NCBI GenBank assembly: GCA_016211945.1
Contig: JACRHV010000003.1
Location: 69,631-133,630 of the forward strand
Direction: 5' to 3'
Source: Minisyncoccota bacterium
GTDB taxonomy: Bacteria > Patescibacteriota > Microgenomatia > UBA1400 > UBA12028
Length of the DNA stretch: 64,000 nucleotides
Shown here: positions 9,951 to 19,572 of the stretch, piece by piece
Numbering within the stretch: the stretch's first letter is position 1
How the letters are laid out: every line of letters begins with the position of its first letter
Notes under the pieces: generated by a model
Told to the model about the DNA's origin: nothing
Database searches by the model: none
Seen by the model: the letters and a program-made list of their open reading frames with translations, nothing else
Position numbers and translations under genes: made by a program

Positions 9951-11985
9951 GTGGTACTATGGTACCATGATTCGGAAGTTCACCGTCTTTTTTTTCCACG
10001 CACTTTTTCTCACTGTTCCGCTTTTTTTTACCTCAATTAATGATGAGTTGTTCGAGTTTAACAAGATCGTTCTGACGTACGCGTATACGACGATTATCGT
10101 GGGATTATGGGTAACGCGCATGATCGTTGAAAAAAAAGTGCTATGGAAAAAAACACCATTTGATATCCCTCTTGCGTTGTTTTTTATCTCACAACTCCTC
10201 TCAACTATCACCTCGATCCACCCTCATACCTCAATTTTTGGATACTATTCTCGATTCAATGGCGGGCTATTGTCCGTCATGAGTTACATTGCCCTGTACT
10301 ATGCCTTCGTGAATACCGTTGAGAAAAAGGAGGTTGGTTCGTTCATAAAAACGCTTTTGTACGCAGGCATGCTTTCAGCGTTCTACGCGTTCATTGAACA
10401 CTTTGGTCATTCTCCAAGTTGCTTCTTCATCACGGGAAAGTTCGATGTTGGGTGTTGGATTCAGGATGTGCAGACGCGTGTGTTCGGGACATTTGGACAG
10501 CCAAACTGGCTCGCGGCGTACCTCATTATGCTCATCCCGCTCGCGGTTTCAGAAACGATTCGCGCGTTTGAGATAAAAAAATCGTGGTACGCTTGGTTTC
10601 TTTTTGGCGTCGTAGGCCTTTTCTTCTCTACGCTTCTTTTCACACAGTCCAGATCTGGATTATTGGGCCTTGCGATGGGCAGCTTTGTATATGGAGTGCT
10701 CTTGATAAAACAGTGGTTCACTGACATTCAAACACGGTCATCTTTTCGACCGCTTCTTTTTCTTGGTCTCTGCTGTGCTTTTCTCGTTTTTCTTTTTGGA
10801 TCACCACTTACTCCTTCAGCAAAACAAATGCTTCAAAAGTTTCGTGCAAAACCGGCAACTGCAACGCCTTCGGCTCCTTCTCAACAACCCGCCGGAACGC
10901 AGTTGGAGGTTGGAGGAACAGAGTCCGGCGCTATTCGCGCTATTGTATGGAAGGGGGCGCTTGCGGTGTGGAAACGATATCCATTGCTTGGGTCTGGTGT
11001 TGAAACGTTTGCATACAGCTATTACAAAGACAGACCCATTGAGCACAACCTCGTGTCTGAGTGGGATTTTCTGTATAACAAGGCACACAACGAGTTTTTG
11101 AACTATTTAGCTACAACGGGAGCGGTGGGGTTAGGTACCTATCTTCTTTTGATTGGATGGGTCTATTGGTGGACGCTTCGTCACTCCGCCGATTCCCCAT
11201 ATTCCATAGCTGCATGGCTTGCGGGATACACCGCTCTTCACATCTCAAACTTCTTTGGTTTCTCTACCGTTGTGGTATCAACATTGTTTTTTCTCGTTCC
11301 AGCATTTGTCTCTGTAGAGTTCTCCATTTCTGATGCTCTGTCATCATTACCCCCATGGGAACGAAAGAAAAAGATACGGGCAAAACAAGAGCCTGTTTCC
11401 CTCTATCAGTGGAGTGTTGTTGGTCTTGTGAGCATTGGTGTGCTGTGGACGCTTCTTATTGTTGTGAACATGTGGCGAGCTGACTACGCGTTTGCGCAGG
11501 GAAAACAACTCCGCACGGCCAAACAAGGAGAGCAAGCGATAGAAAAATTGAAGGAGGCGATTAATCTTGGACCAAACGAGGCAGTATTTCACGAGGAACT
11601 CTCGCTTACCGCTTCTGAACTTTCCGCAGCCGCATATGCACAACAACAGGCAACGCCTGCTGCGGACTTAGGAGAGTTGGCGATTCGTGAATCGGATAAA
11701 ATGTTGGAATTGAACTCGCGTCATTTGAATTTTTATAAGTCCCGCGCACGTATGCTCATCACACTCTCTCAAATTGCGCCAGAGTTGATGGGTGAGGCTT
11801 TACGTGTTCTGGATCGGGCACAAGCACTTGCCCCTACCGACGCAAAACTCACATATAATAGGGCGTTGCTGACCGAGCAAGGCGGGAAAAAAGACGAGGC
11901 TATTACGTTGATGAAACAAGCCATTGATATGAAGCCCAACTACGAAGTTGCAAAGGAACAACTAAAGAGAATTGAGGGAAGGTAA
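9949..11985 (+). CDS. O-antigen ligase (Wzy_C) family polytopic membrane protein with C-terminal TPR repeats
   Basis: About 12 TM segments. O-antigen-ligase signature NKAHNEFLNYLATTGAVGLG. C-terminal ~170 aa are TPR-like (AIEKLKEAINLGPNEAVF...MKQAIDMKPNYEVAKEQL). Confidence 0.6.
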   Translation: MWYYGTMIRKFTVFFFHALFLTVPLFFTSINDELFEFNKIVLTYAYTTIIVGLWVTRMIVEKKVLWKKTPFDIPLALFFISQLLSTITSIHPHTSIFGYYSRFNGGLLSVMSYIALYYAFVNTVEKKEVGSFIKTLLYAGMLSAFYAFIEHFGHSPSCFFITGKFDVGCWIQDVQTRVFGTFGQPNWLAAYLIMLIPLAVSETIRAFEIKKSWYAWFLFGVVGLFFSTLLFTQSRSGLLGLAMGSFVYGVLLIKQWFTDIQTRSSFRPLLFLGLCCAFLVFLFGSPLTPSAKQMLQKFRAKPATATPSAPSQQPAGTQLEVGGTESGAIRAIVWKGALAVWKRYPLLGSGVETFAYSYYKDRPIEHNLVSEWDFLYNKAHNEFLNYLATTGAVGLGTYLLLIGWVYWWTLRHSADSPYSIAAWLAGYTALHISNFFGFSTVVVSTLFFLVPAFVSVEFSISDALSSLPPWERKKKIRAKQEPVSLYQWSVVGLVSIGVLWTLLIVVNMWRADYAFAQGKQLRTAKQGEQAIEKLKEAINLGPNEAVFHEELSLTASELSAAAYAQQQATPAADLGELAIRESDKMLELNSRHLNFYKSRARMLITLSQIAPELMGEALRVLDRAQALAPTDAKLTYNRALLTEQGGKKDEAITLMKQAIDMKPNYEVAKEQLKRIEGR

Positions 11986-11992
11986 AATCGCC

Positions 11993-12598
11993 ATGAAAAA
12001 ACCCATTCTTACTGTCCCCAACCCCATGTTACGTACAAAAAGTGTTGATCTGGACCTCAAAAAAGACTTGCCTCTCATTCAGTCATACATCAAGGATCTT
12101 GAAGAAACACTCGGAAAAAAGGCCAACCCCAAAGGCGTGGGCCTTTCCGCACCGCAAATCGGGAAAAATCTGCGGATGTTTTCGTCCTTCCTCCCCCCCT
12201 CCAGCAACGCCAAGGATCAGGATCGTCCAACAGAGGAAGAAAAAGACGAGGCCGTACTTGCAACCTACCTCAATCCCGTCATCGTAAACACTTCTAAAGA
12301 CAAAACATTCGGACCCAATCCGGAAGATCCTATCTTGGAAGGCTGCCTATCTATCCCACAACTCTACGGCCCCGTTCCTCGATTCTCATGGGTTACATTG
12401 CACTTTTGGACACCAAAACTTGAGGAAAAAGAAGTTGTGTTTCATGGTTTTTTTGCTCGAGTTATTCAACACGAGTTCGACCACCTTGAGGGAATCTTGT
12501 TCGTTGATTATATTCGCGAACTCAACCTCCCTCTCTTTGAACAGCAAAACAAGAAAATGATCGAGATCGATCCTACTATTATTAACGCGCTAGGTTAA
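11993..12598 (+). CDS. def: peptide deformylase
   Basis: Motifs GVGLSAPQIG, EGCLSIP and HEFDHLEG. Contains a low-complexity insertion. ATG at 11993 is preferred over the TTG at 11972; an RBS GAGGGAAGG lies upstream. Confidence 0.85.
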   Translation: MKKPILTVPNPMLRTKSVDLDLKKDLPLIQSYIKDLEETLGKKANPKGVGLSAPQIGKNLRMFSSFLPPSSNAKDQDRPTEEEKDEAVLATYLNPVIVNTSKDKTFGPNPEDPILEGCLSIPQLYGPVPRFSWVTLHFWTPKLEEKEVVFHGFFARVIQHEFDHLEGILFVDYIRELNLPLFEQQNKKMIEIDPTIINALG

Positions 12599-12602
12599 CG
12601 AT

Positions 12603-13511
12603 ATGCAGATACTTCTTGCTGGAACACCCTCCACTACCGTCGCCGTTGCACGCACACTTGTTTCAGCAAACCATACTATTATAGGTGTCCTCTGCCCCTT
12701 CCCGAAGCCTATTGGGCGTAAGCAGATTGTGACACCGTGTGCGCTGGAAATGTGGGCTCGGAATTTTTCTGTTCCGATTTTTCATGTTGATTCGAGTGTG
12801 TTGGCAGATCACAAGAACTTGGCCGAGGTGCCGAAGGCCGATGTTTTCATTGTCGCTGATTTTGGTTTCCTCATTCCACCTTGGCTTCTCTCGTATTGCC
12901 AGCATGGTGCACTTAACCTCCACCCCTCCTTGTTGCCGAGGTGGCGCGGCGCGACTCCGGTACCGTTTACGCTCTTGTTTGGCGACCGCGAAACCGGCAT
13001 CAGTATTATCCAGATGAATGAAAAGTTTGATATGGGCGCCGTCGTCGCACAACGGAAGGTTGAAATTCTTGAGGATGATACGACACCAACGCTTTTGGAT
13101 CGATGTTTTAGCGTTGGAGCACAGCTGCTTCTCGAGGTTTTGCTCGAATATGTTGGGGGAGCGTTGAAGCCTATTCCCCAACCCATATCCTCGCCAACTC
13201 CCATGACACGAAAGTTCACAAAGGAAGACGGATGTGTGCCATATGAGGCCTTGGTAGCCGCGAGACAAGGATTATCATTCGATTCCTCGCCGATCAAGAT
13301 TTTAGCCGAGTACGGCCTTCCCCAAATCCCGGTTGGGATATACCAGATGTGCCGCGGGTTGGCCCCGTGGCCTGGTGTGTGGGCTACCCTACCGAATGGC
13401 AAGCGGCTAAAGGTGTTGTCAAGTACCTTTGATGGAAAACGATGCACTCCCAATCTCGTTCAACTCGAGGGAAAAACGGCGGAAAAATACATGGGTTTTG
13501 ATAGGCTATAA
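12603..13511 (+). CDS. fmt: methionyl-tRNA formyltransferase
   Basis: N-terminal formyltransferase fold with NLHPSLLPRWRGATP. Sits directly after def, the conserved def-fmt pair. Confidence 0.85.
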   Translation: MQILLAGTPSTTVAVARTLVSANHTIIGVLCPFPKPIGRKQIVTPCALEMWARNFSVPIFHVDSSVLADHKNLAEVPKADVFIVADFGFLIPPWLLSYCQHGALNLHPSLLPRWRGATPVPFTLLFGDRETGISIIQMNEKFDMGAVVAQRKVEILEDDTTPTLLDRCFSVGAQLLLEVLLEYVGGALKPIPQPISSPTPMTRKFTKEDGCVPYEALVAARQGLSFDSSPIKILAEYGLPQIPVGIYQMCRGLAPWPGVWATLPNGKRLKVLSSTFDGKRCTPNLVQLEGKTAEKYMGFDRL

Positions 13512-13518
13512 TTGACGT

Positions 13519-14805
13519 ATTGCCTCACGTAATAATGTAACGGAACTCCATATTCGTTGCCTCATCATTTTTGTAACGATGCGTATGCATAAGTTTTGTT
13601 TGAAGTGCATGGATATTTCTTTGAAGATCCATAGGATTTAATCCTTCATAAACATGACGAAGTGTCTGCTGTTGATTTGGCTTGAGCATATCAGACTCTC
13701 GAAGTCTTTGGTATGGGGTTCGTGCTTGATCATAGGTCTTCATCACTTTTGATCCTACACGTACTTTCTTCAGCAGTTTCTGTGAGGGTTGAAAGAAGTT
13801 CACATACACCTCCACACACTTTAAAAGCTCTTGAATGATCTTAAGTTGTTCCTCTGTTTCATATCTGCCATATCCAACAAAGTTGCGTAGGACGGTGTAG
13901 TTTTTTTGCTCCACGTAGCAGTTTTCATTCTTTCTTCCTGCTCTGATTCTGGTAAATGTAATATGATTGTTTTCACAAAACCTCAGCATAATATCGTTGA
14001 TGAACTCACTCCCATTGTCTGAATCAATTCCAAGGATGGGGAAAGGGAGTCGTGTTTGGATTCTTTGTACTGCTTCATGGATTCCAAACTGTCCTTTTCC
14101 CATCACTGCTTCAAGCCCAATCCACTGGAGACAGACGTCTGTAAAGTTGAGTCCATATACATAGTGTCCTTGAGGATTTTCACCACAAAATGCGACTCCA
14201 TCAATCTCAAAGAATCCTGGTTTCTTGTCTTCCCAATCCGCAAAAGTTCTGATCTGAATCTGATTTTTTAACAAGGTTCCTGGCTTCGTCGTTGATCTTC
14301 CTTTCAACGCATAGCGCTTCTTTGTTGCAGCAAGCATACGATCAATCGTGGAGCGGCTCATGGTGAGTAGCTTTCTTCGTATGGGGGCAGTGAGTTTGAG
14401 TTCTTTGTTCTTTTCAAGGATGGGAATGAGCTCGGGGAGAAAAGGGTGGAGCCTCTTCCCACAAATCCATCCTGCTGCCAACCAACATGTCCGTAAAGGA
14501 AGAAAGACTGCGTAATCATACTGATGTGTACGCACTTGCGTTCTTTTCTTTTTCCTTCCATCACACGTGGGGTGTATTTGACCCAATACACGTCGTGCGT
14601 AACTTCTGTTGTATCCACAACTTTCAACAAACTCATCAAGTATGATCGTTTTCTCTGTCTTAGATGCGCGATGATATCGCATGCGTATGGTTGTTGTGAG
14701 TGATGCTTTTTCTCTCATAGTTAACATATGTACCCCTTATGTTTTTGGAGTACATTTTCCTATGAGGCAACGAATCGTGTTCCGTTACATTTCTGATGAG
14801 GCAAT
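13519..14805. mobile_element. insertion sequence (~1.29 kb) with ~44-47 bp imperfect terminal inverted repeats
   Basis: Left end 13519..13565 ATTGCCTCACGTAATAATGTAACGGAACTCCATATTCGTTGCCTCAT. Reverse complement of right end 14762..14805 is ATTGCCTCATCAGAAATGTAACGGAACACGATTCGTTGCCTCAT. Encloses the single transposase ORF. No clear target-site duplication seen. Confidence 0.6.
13525..14727 (-). CDS. DDE-type (rve/integrase-core) transposase
   Basis: N-terminal HTH-like region, then a D..D..E triad: FEIDGV, GIDSDNGSEF, YVEQKN. Family (IS481-like versus ISNCY-like) cannot be decided by eye. Confidence 0.75.
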   Translation of the reverse strand: MLTMREKASLTTTIRMRYHRASKTEKTIILDEFVESCGYNRSYARRVLGQIHPTCDGRKKKRTQVRTHQYDYAVFLPLRTCWLAAGWICGKRLHPFLPELIPILEKNKELKLTAPIRRKLLTMSRSTIDRMLAATKKRYALKGRSTTKPGTLLKNQIQIRTFADWEDKKPGFFEIDGVAFCGENPQGHYVYGLNFTDVCLQWIGLEAVMGKGQFGIHEAVQRIQTRLPFPILGIDSDNGSEFINDIMLRFCENNHITFTRIRAGRKNENCYVEQKNYTVLRNFVGYGRYETEEQLKIIQELLKCVEVYVNFFQPSQKLLKKVRVGSKVMKTYDQARTPYQRLRESDMLKPNQQQTLRHVYEGLNPMDLQRNIHALQTKLMHTHRYKNDEATNMEFRYIIT

Positions 14806-14852
14806 GCGATTGGTTGATTTTAATGTTATAGGGTATATAATAGTCACTTAAG

Positions 14853-15656
14853 ATGCCAAAACAACAATCTCTCGAGTCCATGTATGCTGAGAGGCAGGCT
14901 AACAATCGTTTCCATAGAAATGACGGCATTCCTCGTCAGGAATTATTACAACAAGTTCCTCAAACATTTGTTCTTACTTGTTCCAAGGCTAGTGGAAATG
15001 AAGTGTGTGCAGTTCGTTTTGCTTCTACAAAAACATTCAAAGAATTTCAATCTTCTTTCTCTGGAAAAGGGTTTAATTTTGGACCAATATATGATCGGCT
15101 TGTTGCGCAAGGATTAGTAAAGTCAAATTGTTCAAAACAAATAGCAGACGCAAACCCTCGTTTGATTACACAAAATCCTGGGGCTGAAAAATTTTGGGGA
15201 TGGGGTGATGGATTTACTCTTGAGATTATTGAAAACACATTTATTACTGTCCCCAAAGAGTGTGTTGCGCAAGGAAATACGAGCAATGCGCAAACTGTTG
15301 ATAAAACAGTTGCTCCCACTCCCGCTAAATTAGATACCGTTGCGACACAGCCTTCACATGTGGATCCTATTGTCGTTACTGCAAAAACAAATGAAGTATC
15401 GATTCCAGATTATATTACCGCTGGTATTATAGGGGGAGCTGCGATAGTTGGTGTTGCCGGAGCGATTGCAAAAAATAGTCTGGACAGACGGGCTCGTCGT
15501 CAAAAAGAATTTCAAGAAATAACTCAACAACAACTTAAGAGACAGGCAGAGACATCTGCGCGATTAAATGCTGAAGCCGTTGAAAGAGAAAGGGTTGCTG
15601 AAGAAAAAAGAAAGAAACAAGAAAAGAGGGATGAAGAGTTAAGAAAAAAAAAATAA
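14853..15656 (+). CDS. hypothetical membrane-anchored protein, probably the 5' part of a frameshifted gene
   Basis: Globular N-domain, one TM (YITAGIIGGAAIVGVAGAIA), charged coiled-coil tail. ORF ends ...EELRKKK* inside an A10 run. Confidence 0.45.
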   Translation: MPKQQSLESMYAERQANNRFHRNDGIPRQELLQQVPQTFVLTCSKASGNEVCAVRFASTKTFKEFQSSFSGKGFNFGPIYDRLVAQGLVKSNCSKQIADANPRLITQNPGAEKFWGWGDGFTLEIIENTFITVPKECVAQGNTSNAQTVDKTVAPTPAKLDTVATQPSHVDPIVVTAKTNEVSIPDYITAGIIGGAAIVGVAGAIAKNSLDRRARRQKEFQEITQQQLKRQAETSARLNAEAVERERVAEEKRKKQEKRDEELRKKK

Positions 15657-16075
15657 AGACTGGGAAAAGAGTTTCTGGTAACGTTGTAGAACATATTCTC
15701 CGTCAAGATCCTATAATAGATAAAGCTTTTGAAGATTTAAAGGCTGTTGGACTCGACCCTAAAAAAGTTTCAAGGAAAGTTTTGTTCGAGGCGTTAAACA
15801 ATGCTAGTGCTCGTCAATCTAAGGAAAATAAAGAAGAAGCGCTTATATTGGCAGAACGGAGTGGATTTATAACGGAAGAGGAACTTCTTAATCGTCTCAG
15901 TGAAAAAGGCAAGGCATTGTTCGAGACGATAAAAAATATTATTCCTCACGAAAAACCAATGTCTTCCTCTAAAAAAGGCGGGAGTTCTACATCCGTGGCT
16001 GACGGATCCGTTTCTTCAGACCCTATAGATGGTAAAGTTTTAACAGACCTTTTCAAAGGTGATTCTAATCAATAG
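15635..16075 (+). pseudogene. downstream continuation of 14853..15656 in the other frame (the annotated 97-aa ORF 15782..16075 is its tail)
   Basis: Frame is open from 15635 with a protein-like sequence (GKRVSGNVVEHILRQDPIIDKAFEDLKAVGLDPKKVSRKVLFEALNN...) before the first ATG at 15782. A +1 A in the A10 run would fuse the two into one ~407-aa protein. Confidence 0.4.
15644..15653. repeat. A10 homopolymer at the junction of two reading frames
   Basis: Ten consecutive A at 15644..15653, immediately before the TAA of the 14853..15656 ORF. The +2 frame is open from 15635 through 16075. Confidence 0.9.
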
Positions 16076-16097
16076 AAAGATTTCGCAGTTTTTCTTT

Positions 16098-17113
16098 AGA
16101 CTTGTAGCGAAATAAGATTCGTCATTCCTCTTACCCATAGACCACATCATCTCGTAAAGTTGTAGAGTGCAGCAAGGGTCACGAATGGTGTATGTGCAGA
16201 AGCAATGGTGTTTCTGTAGGTGTGCGCATGGATATTGAAGTGTTTCAACGAGGCAAACACATGTTCCACTCGGACACGGATCTGTGCAATGGTTCTGTTG
16301 GTCTTCTTTTGTCTGGACGTCAACGCTTTCCCTTTTGGTTTGCGCGTGGGATAAACCAAGGCAATAGTGGAATTAATCCGCTCTCCTCCTTGGTAGCCAT
16401 TGTCACTCATGCCGAAAGCTCCGGGTGGGGCACGGAGGAGCATGCCATCATCTTCGGCAAGTTTCTTGTCATGCCGTTTCCCCTCCACAGTCTTGGACAC
16501 GGCAAGGATCTTCATGGTTCTGGGGTTGACGAGAATCTGGTTCTTGACCGTATGCATCTTTTTCTTCCCAGAATAGTAGAACTGTTGGATGTCTGTGTTT
16601 TCGGGACGCTGAATCCGTCGTTCGGTCGCATCGACAAGAAACTCTTGCAAGTCGGGACACACGGTCAAGAGCTGTCCCATATGGGTGACCTTGCGTATGG
16701 GGAGCACAAGCGCGTGGTGGAGGGCCTGCTGAAGGATGGGCTTCATAAACTCCACCCATCGCCAGACATTCATCTTGTCCAATCCAAAGAGCACTTGGGC
16801 AAGCCGAAACGTGGGATACACCTTATAGTACAAGAGAATAAGCAAGACCAAGGATGCATCTGTTCCAAAGACACGTTTCCGTCCACCTCCAGCAGTACGC
16901 CATCTTCCTGGATGGATCGCTCGTGTTTTAAACACACAAAACAAGATGGGATGGACTGTGGCAACCACACGGTCAAACTGCTCTTTGGAAATCCCCAGCA
17001 CAGCTGGAAAACATTCTGGATGTTTGAGAAGATACTGGTACATAGGCAGGACTCCTTGATACGGGTACTGCCTATGATTGTATCCAGAAGCATGCTTATT
17101 TCGCTACAAGTCT
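16098..17113. mobile_element. IS4/IS5-family-like insertion sequence (~1.0 kb) with perfect 19-bp terminal inverted repeats
   Basis: Left IR 16098..16116 is AGACTTGTAGCGAAATAAG. Right IR 17095..17113 is CTTATTTCGCTACAAGTCT, its exact reverse complement. TTT immediately flanks both ends and is a possible 3-bp target duplication. Confidence 0.65.
16147..17043 (-). CDS. IS4/IS5-family DDE transposase (DDE_Tnp_1-like)
   Basis: 298 aa. DATERRIQRP (D), MSDNGYQGG (D), RIRVEHVFASLKHF (E in the Y..R...E....K context typical of IS5-family transposases). Confidence 0.75.
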   Translation of the reverse strand: MYQYLLKHPECFPAVLGISKEQFDRVVATVHPILFCVFKTRAIHPGRWRTAGGGRKRVFGTDASLVLLILLYYKVYPTFRLAQVLFGLDKMNVWRWVEFMKPILQQALHHALVLPIRKVTHMGQLLTVCPDLQEFLVDATERRIQRPENTDIQQFYYSGKKKMHTVKNQILVNPRTMKILAVSKTVEGKRHDKKLAEDDGMLLRAPPGAFGMSDNGYQGGERINSTIALVYPTRKPKGKALTSRQKKTNRTIAQIRVRVEHVFASLKHFNIHAHTYRNTIASAHTPFVTLAALYNFTR

Positions 17114-17388
17114 TTTGGTTACTTCGTCTCTGCCTTCACCGTTCTTATGCACGTTGTACACAACTTCACTTTGCGTTTCGCACCATCAATAAGAATATGG
17201 GCGTTATGAAGATTCGGTTTACGCAAATGACGCACGCGATTCTTCGCGTGTGACACAAGGTGTCCGATATCTGGTCCTTTGAAGCAAACTGCACAGTGTG
17301 ACATAGGGATGTATGGTATCACAGCGGTCAAAACCAGGCAAGCGGGAAATCTACACTCAAAAACTACACGCAATGCTACAATACCCTC

Positions 17389-18006
17389 ATGCTCGGCCTC
17401 CTCTTCTCCAACCCCTTCCTTTTTGCCCTTGAGGCAGTGTCGCTCATTGCCGCCCTCACTATCCATGAGTATGCTCACGCATGGATGGCGGACCGCCTCG
17501 GCGACCCAACCCCCCGCGCTCAAGGCCGCCTGAGCCTCGATCCCCGCCGCCACCTCGATCCCCTCGGCACAGTTCTCCTTCTTTTTATCGGCTTTGGCTG
17601 GGGAAAACCAGTGGAGTTTGATCCATATAATCTCCAACATCCACGCCGCGACTCTGCCCTCATCGCACTCGCCGGCCCCGCAAGCAACATCATCATCGCC
17701 GTTCTTCTCTCGTTCGCACTCCACCTACTCCCCCTCCCGGGGATCCTCGCTGCTCTTCTTGTCTTTACCATCCACATCAGCCTCGTCCTCGCTATATTTA
17801 ATCTCATCCCCATTCACCCGCTTGACGGCGGAAAAATCCTGATTGGCTTTTTGCCCAAAGAAATCGCAATGGAGTGGGATGATATGCTTCATAAATACGG
17901 CATGATTATTCTTCTTTTCCTCATCTTCCCGTTCGGGAATAGTCAATCACCTGTCAGCTATCTTGTCTCACCCATCGTTGAGGGATTATTAAAGTTACTC
18001 ATATGA
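17389..18006 (+). CDS. M50-family (site-2-protease-like) membrane zinc metalloprotease
   Basis: HEYAHAW (HExxH) within a TM helix. Second metal-binding region LDGG (IPIHPLDGGKIL). Polytopic. Confidence 0.65.
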   Translation: MLGLLFSNPFLFALEAVSLIAALTIHEYAHAWMADRLGDPTPRAQGRLSLDPRRHLDPLGTVLLLFIGFGWGKPVEFDPYNLQHPRRDSALIALAGPASNIIIAVLLSFALHLLPLPGILAALLVFTIHISLVLAIFNLIPIHPLDGGKILIGFLPKEIAMEWDDMLHKYGMIILLFLIFPFGNSQSPVSYLVSPIVEGLLKLLI

Positions 18007-18824
18007 ACCGGCCTCCGCTTCAACACAAAACTTCTTGGCAACCGGTAAGCTCGTGGTACAACAAGGCGGTCGGAGAAAGTGGACACTATTTCCACCAGCA
18101 CGTCGTTATTCCAACAACCCTGCGATTACTCGATCTTCACCCACACGACTCGCTCTTAGACTTGGCGTGCGGTCAAGGTGTTTTGGAGCGTCACATTCCA
18201 AAAGATATCGAGTATGTTGGCGTAGATGTTGCTCCATCGCTTGTAAAATTCGCGCAGGAGCATGCGGAACCAGGACATCGATTCATTACTGGAGATATCA
18301 CCCAACCACTTCCTATACAAAAACGCGACTTTACACACGCAGTAGTACTTTTAGCACTCCAAAATATCGAACATCCTCACCTTGCCCTCACTCAAGCCAC
18401 CGATCATCTCCGCCAAAACGGCAAACTCTTGCTCATCATCAATCATCCGTGTTTTCGCATTCCGCGTCAGTCAAGTTGGGGTATTGATGAGCGAAACAAA
18501 ACACAATACCGCCGAGTAGACCGATATCTTTCTCCACTGAGCATCCCCATTGCTGCAACCCCCAGCAAAGGTCAACGATCCGCGGTTACCTGGTCGTATC
18601 ACCTCCCCATTTCCGCATATGCTGAACTTTTGCGAAAAGCCGGTTTTGTGATCGAGATCATTGAGGAACTCGGATCAGACAAGGTAAGTGTTGGAACCGC
18701 AGCCAAAATGGAAAACAGAAGCTGCGCGGAGTTCCCCATGTTTATGGCGATTGTGGCGAGAAAGATAGGACCGCCGCACCCCGAGCATCTGTATAATGCA
18801 TCGGCAATGCCTGTGTCCAGATAA
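18003..18824 (+). CDS. class I SAM-dependent methyltransferase
   Basis: Motif I LLDLACGQGVL, followed by an acidic loop and motif II-like VVLLALQNIEHP. Confidence 0.6.
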   Translation: MNRPPLQHKTSWQPVSSWYNKAVGESGHYFHQHVVIPTTLRLLDLHPHDSLLDLACGQGVLERHIPKDIEYVGVDVAPSLVKFAQEHAEPGHRFITGDITQPLPIQKRDFTHAVVLLALQNIEHPHLALTQATDHLRQNGKLLLIINHPCFRIPRQSSWGIDERNKTQYRRVDRYLSPLSIPIAATPSKGQRSAVTWSYHLPISAYAELLRKAGFVIEIIEELGSDKVSVGTAAKMENRSCAEFPMFMAIVARKIGPPHPEHLYNASAMPVSR

Positions 18825-19572
18825 AATCAAAAAGTTGTTTCTGCATTGCTGCAAGTTGGTCGTTGTAGATTTCAACACAAAAAATCTGATCGTTTTTGTA
18901 CGTGTACGTTGCGTAAACATCGTTATAGATAAGAACCTCAAACATGATCTTCAATTTTTTTGGGTCAATGTATCGATATTCAGAATAGTGTTCAATCATT
19001 TCCTTCACATCCGTAAATCCAGGGAAAGATGTTTTATTTGTCAAATCCTTTGTGTGGATACCATGTTCTACAAGTTCGTTCCGGATGTGTTCAGAAAAAT
19101 TCATAGGGAGAAAATCGGAAAGATGTTCCATTTCAAAGACACGAAGTTCCCCTTTTGCTCGAGTGATGTTATAACTTACCTGCTTCAATCCTTCTATACC
19201 TTCATAGTAGAGCACCTTTGATCTCTCACGCTCTTGATGAGAAAGTGTTTGGAGTTGGGTGAGGAGATCCGGAAATGATGCTTTCAGTTCATGCAACTCC
19301 CCTTCTTTTTCAGCAATAATTCGCTGAAAACGAGTTGGTTGGACCGCACCAAACTGCATGCCACGGTCATCCACACGAAACTCCACAAATTCCTTCTTTT
19401 TCAAAATATCGAGAATTCTGTATACCTTTGTTCTCCCCATATGCAACTCTCTACTCATGCGCAGCGCCGTTGAAAATCCTTTATGTAAAAGAAAGAGGTA
19501 TGCTCTGCCCTCATGAGAGGACAACCCGTAGTTCATTACCTGAGATAATAATATGTCTGTTTGATCGGACAT
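18742..19572 (-). CDS. TrmB-family transcriptional regulator
   Basis: N-terminal winged HTH (GLSSHEGRAYLFLLHKGFSTALRMSRELHMGRTKVYRILDILKKKEFV) plus a TrmB-like C-terminal domain. Start set at internal MSDQ. Convergent 83-bp overlap with the methyltransferase gene. Confidence 0.55.
   Translation of the reverse strand: MSDQTDILLSQVMNYGLSSHEGRAYLFLLHKGFSTALRMSRELHMGRTKVYRILDILKKKEFVEFRVDDRGMQFGAVQPTRFQRIIAEKEGELHELKASFPDLLTQLQTLSHQERERSKVLYYEGIEGLKQVSYNITRAKGELRVFEMEHLSDFLPMNFSEHIRNELVEHGIHTKDLTNKTSFPGFTDVKEMIEHYSEYRYIDPKKLKIMFEVLIYNDVYATYTYKNDQIFCVEIYNDQLAAMQKQLFDFIWTQALPMHYTDARGAAVLSFSPQSP

Noticed and set aside
13519-17113. Composite transposon formed by the two IS elements
   Set aside because: The two elements have unrelated transposases (rve-type versus DDE_Tnp_1/IS5-type), different IR sequences, and the same orientation of non-homologous ends. 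They are independent insertions.
16192-17253. 353-aa plus-strand ORF antisense to the IS5-family transposase
   Set aside because: Entirely antisense to a motif-supported transposase, Cys/His/Ser-rich with a nonsense-like composition. The same reasoning applies to 12809..13453 and 12663..13268 antisense to fmt, and 1651..2097 antisense to the ThyA-like gene.
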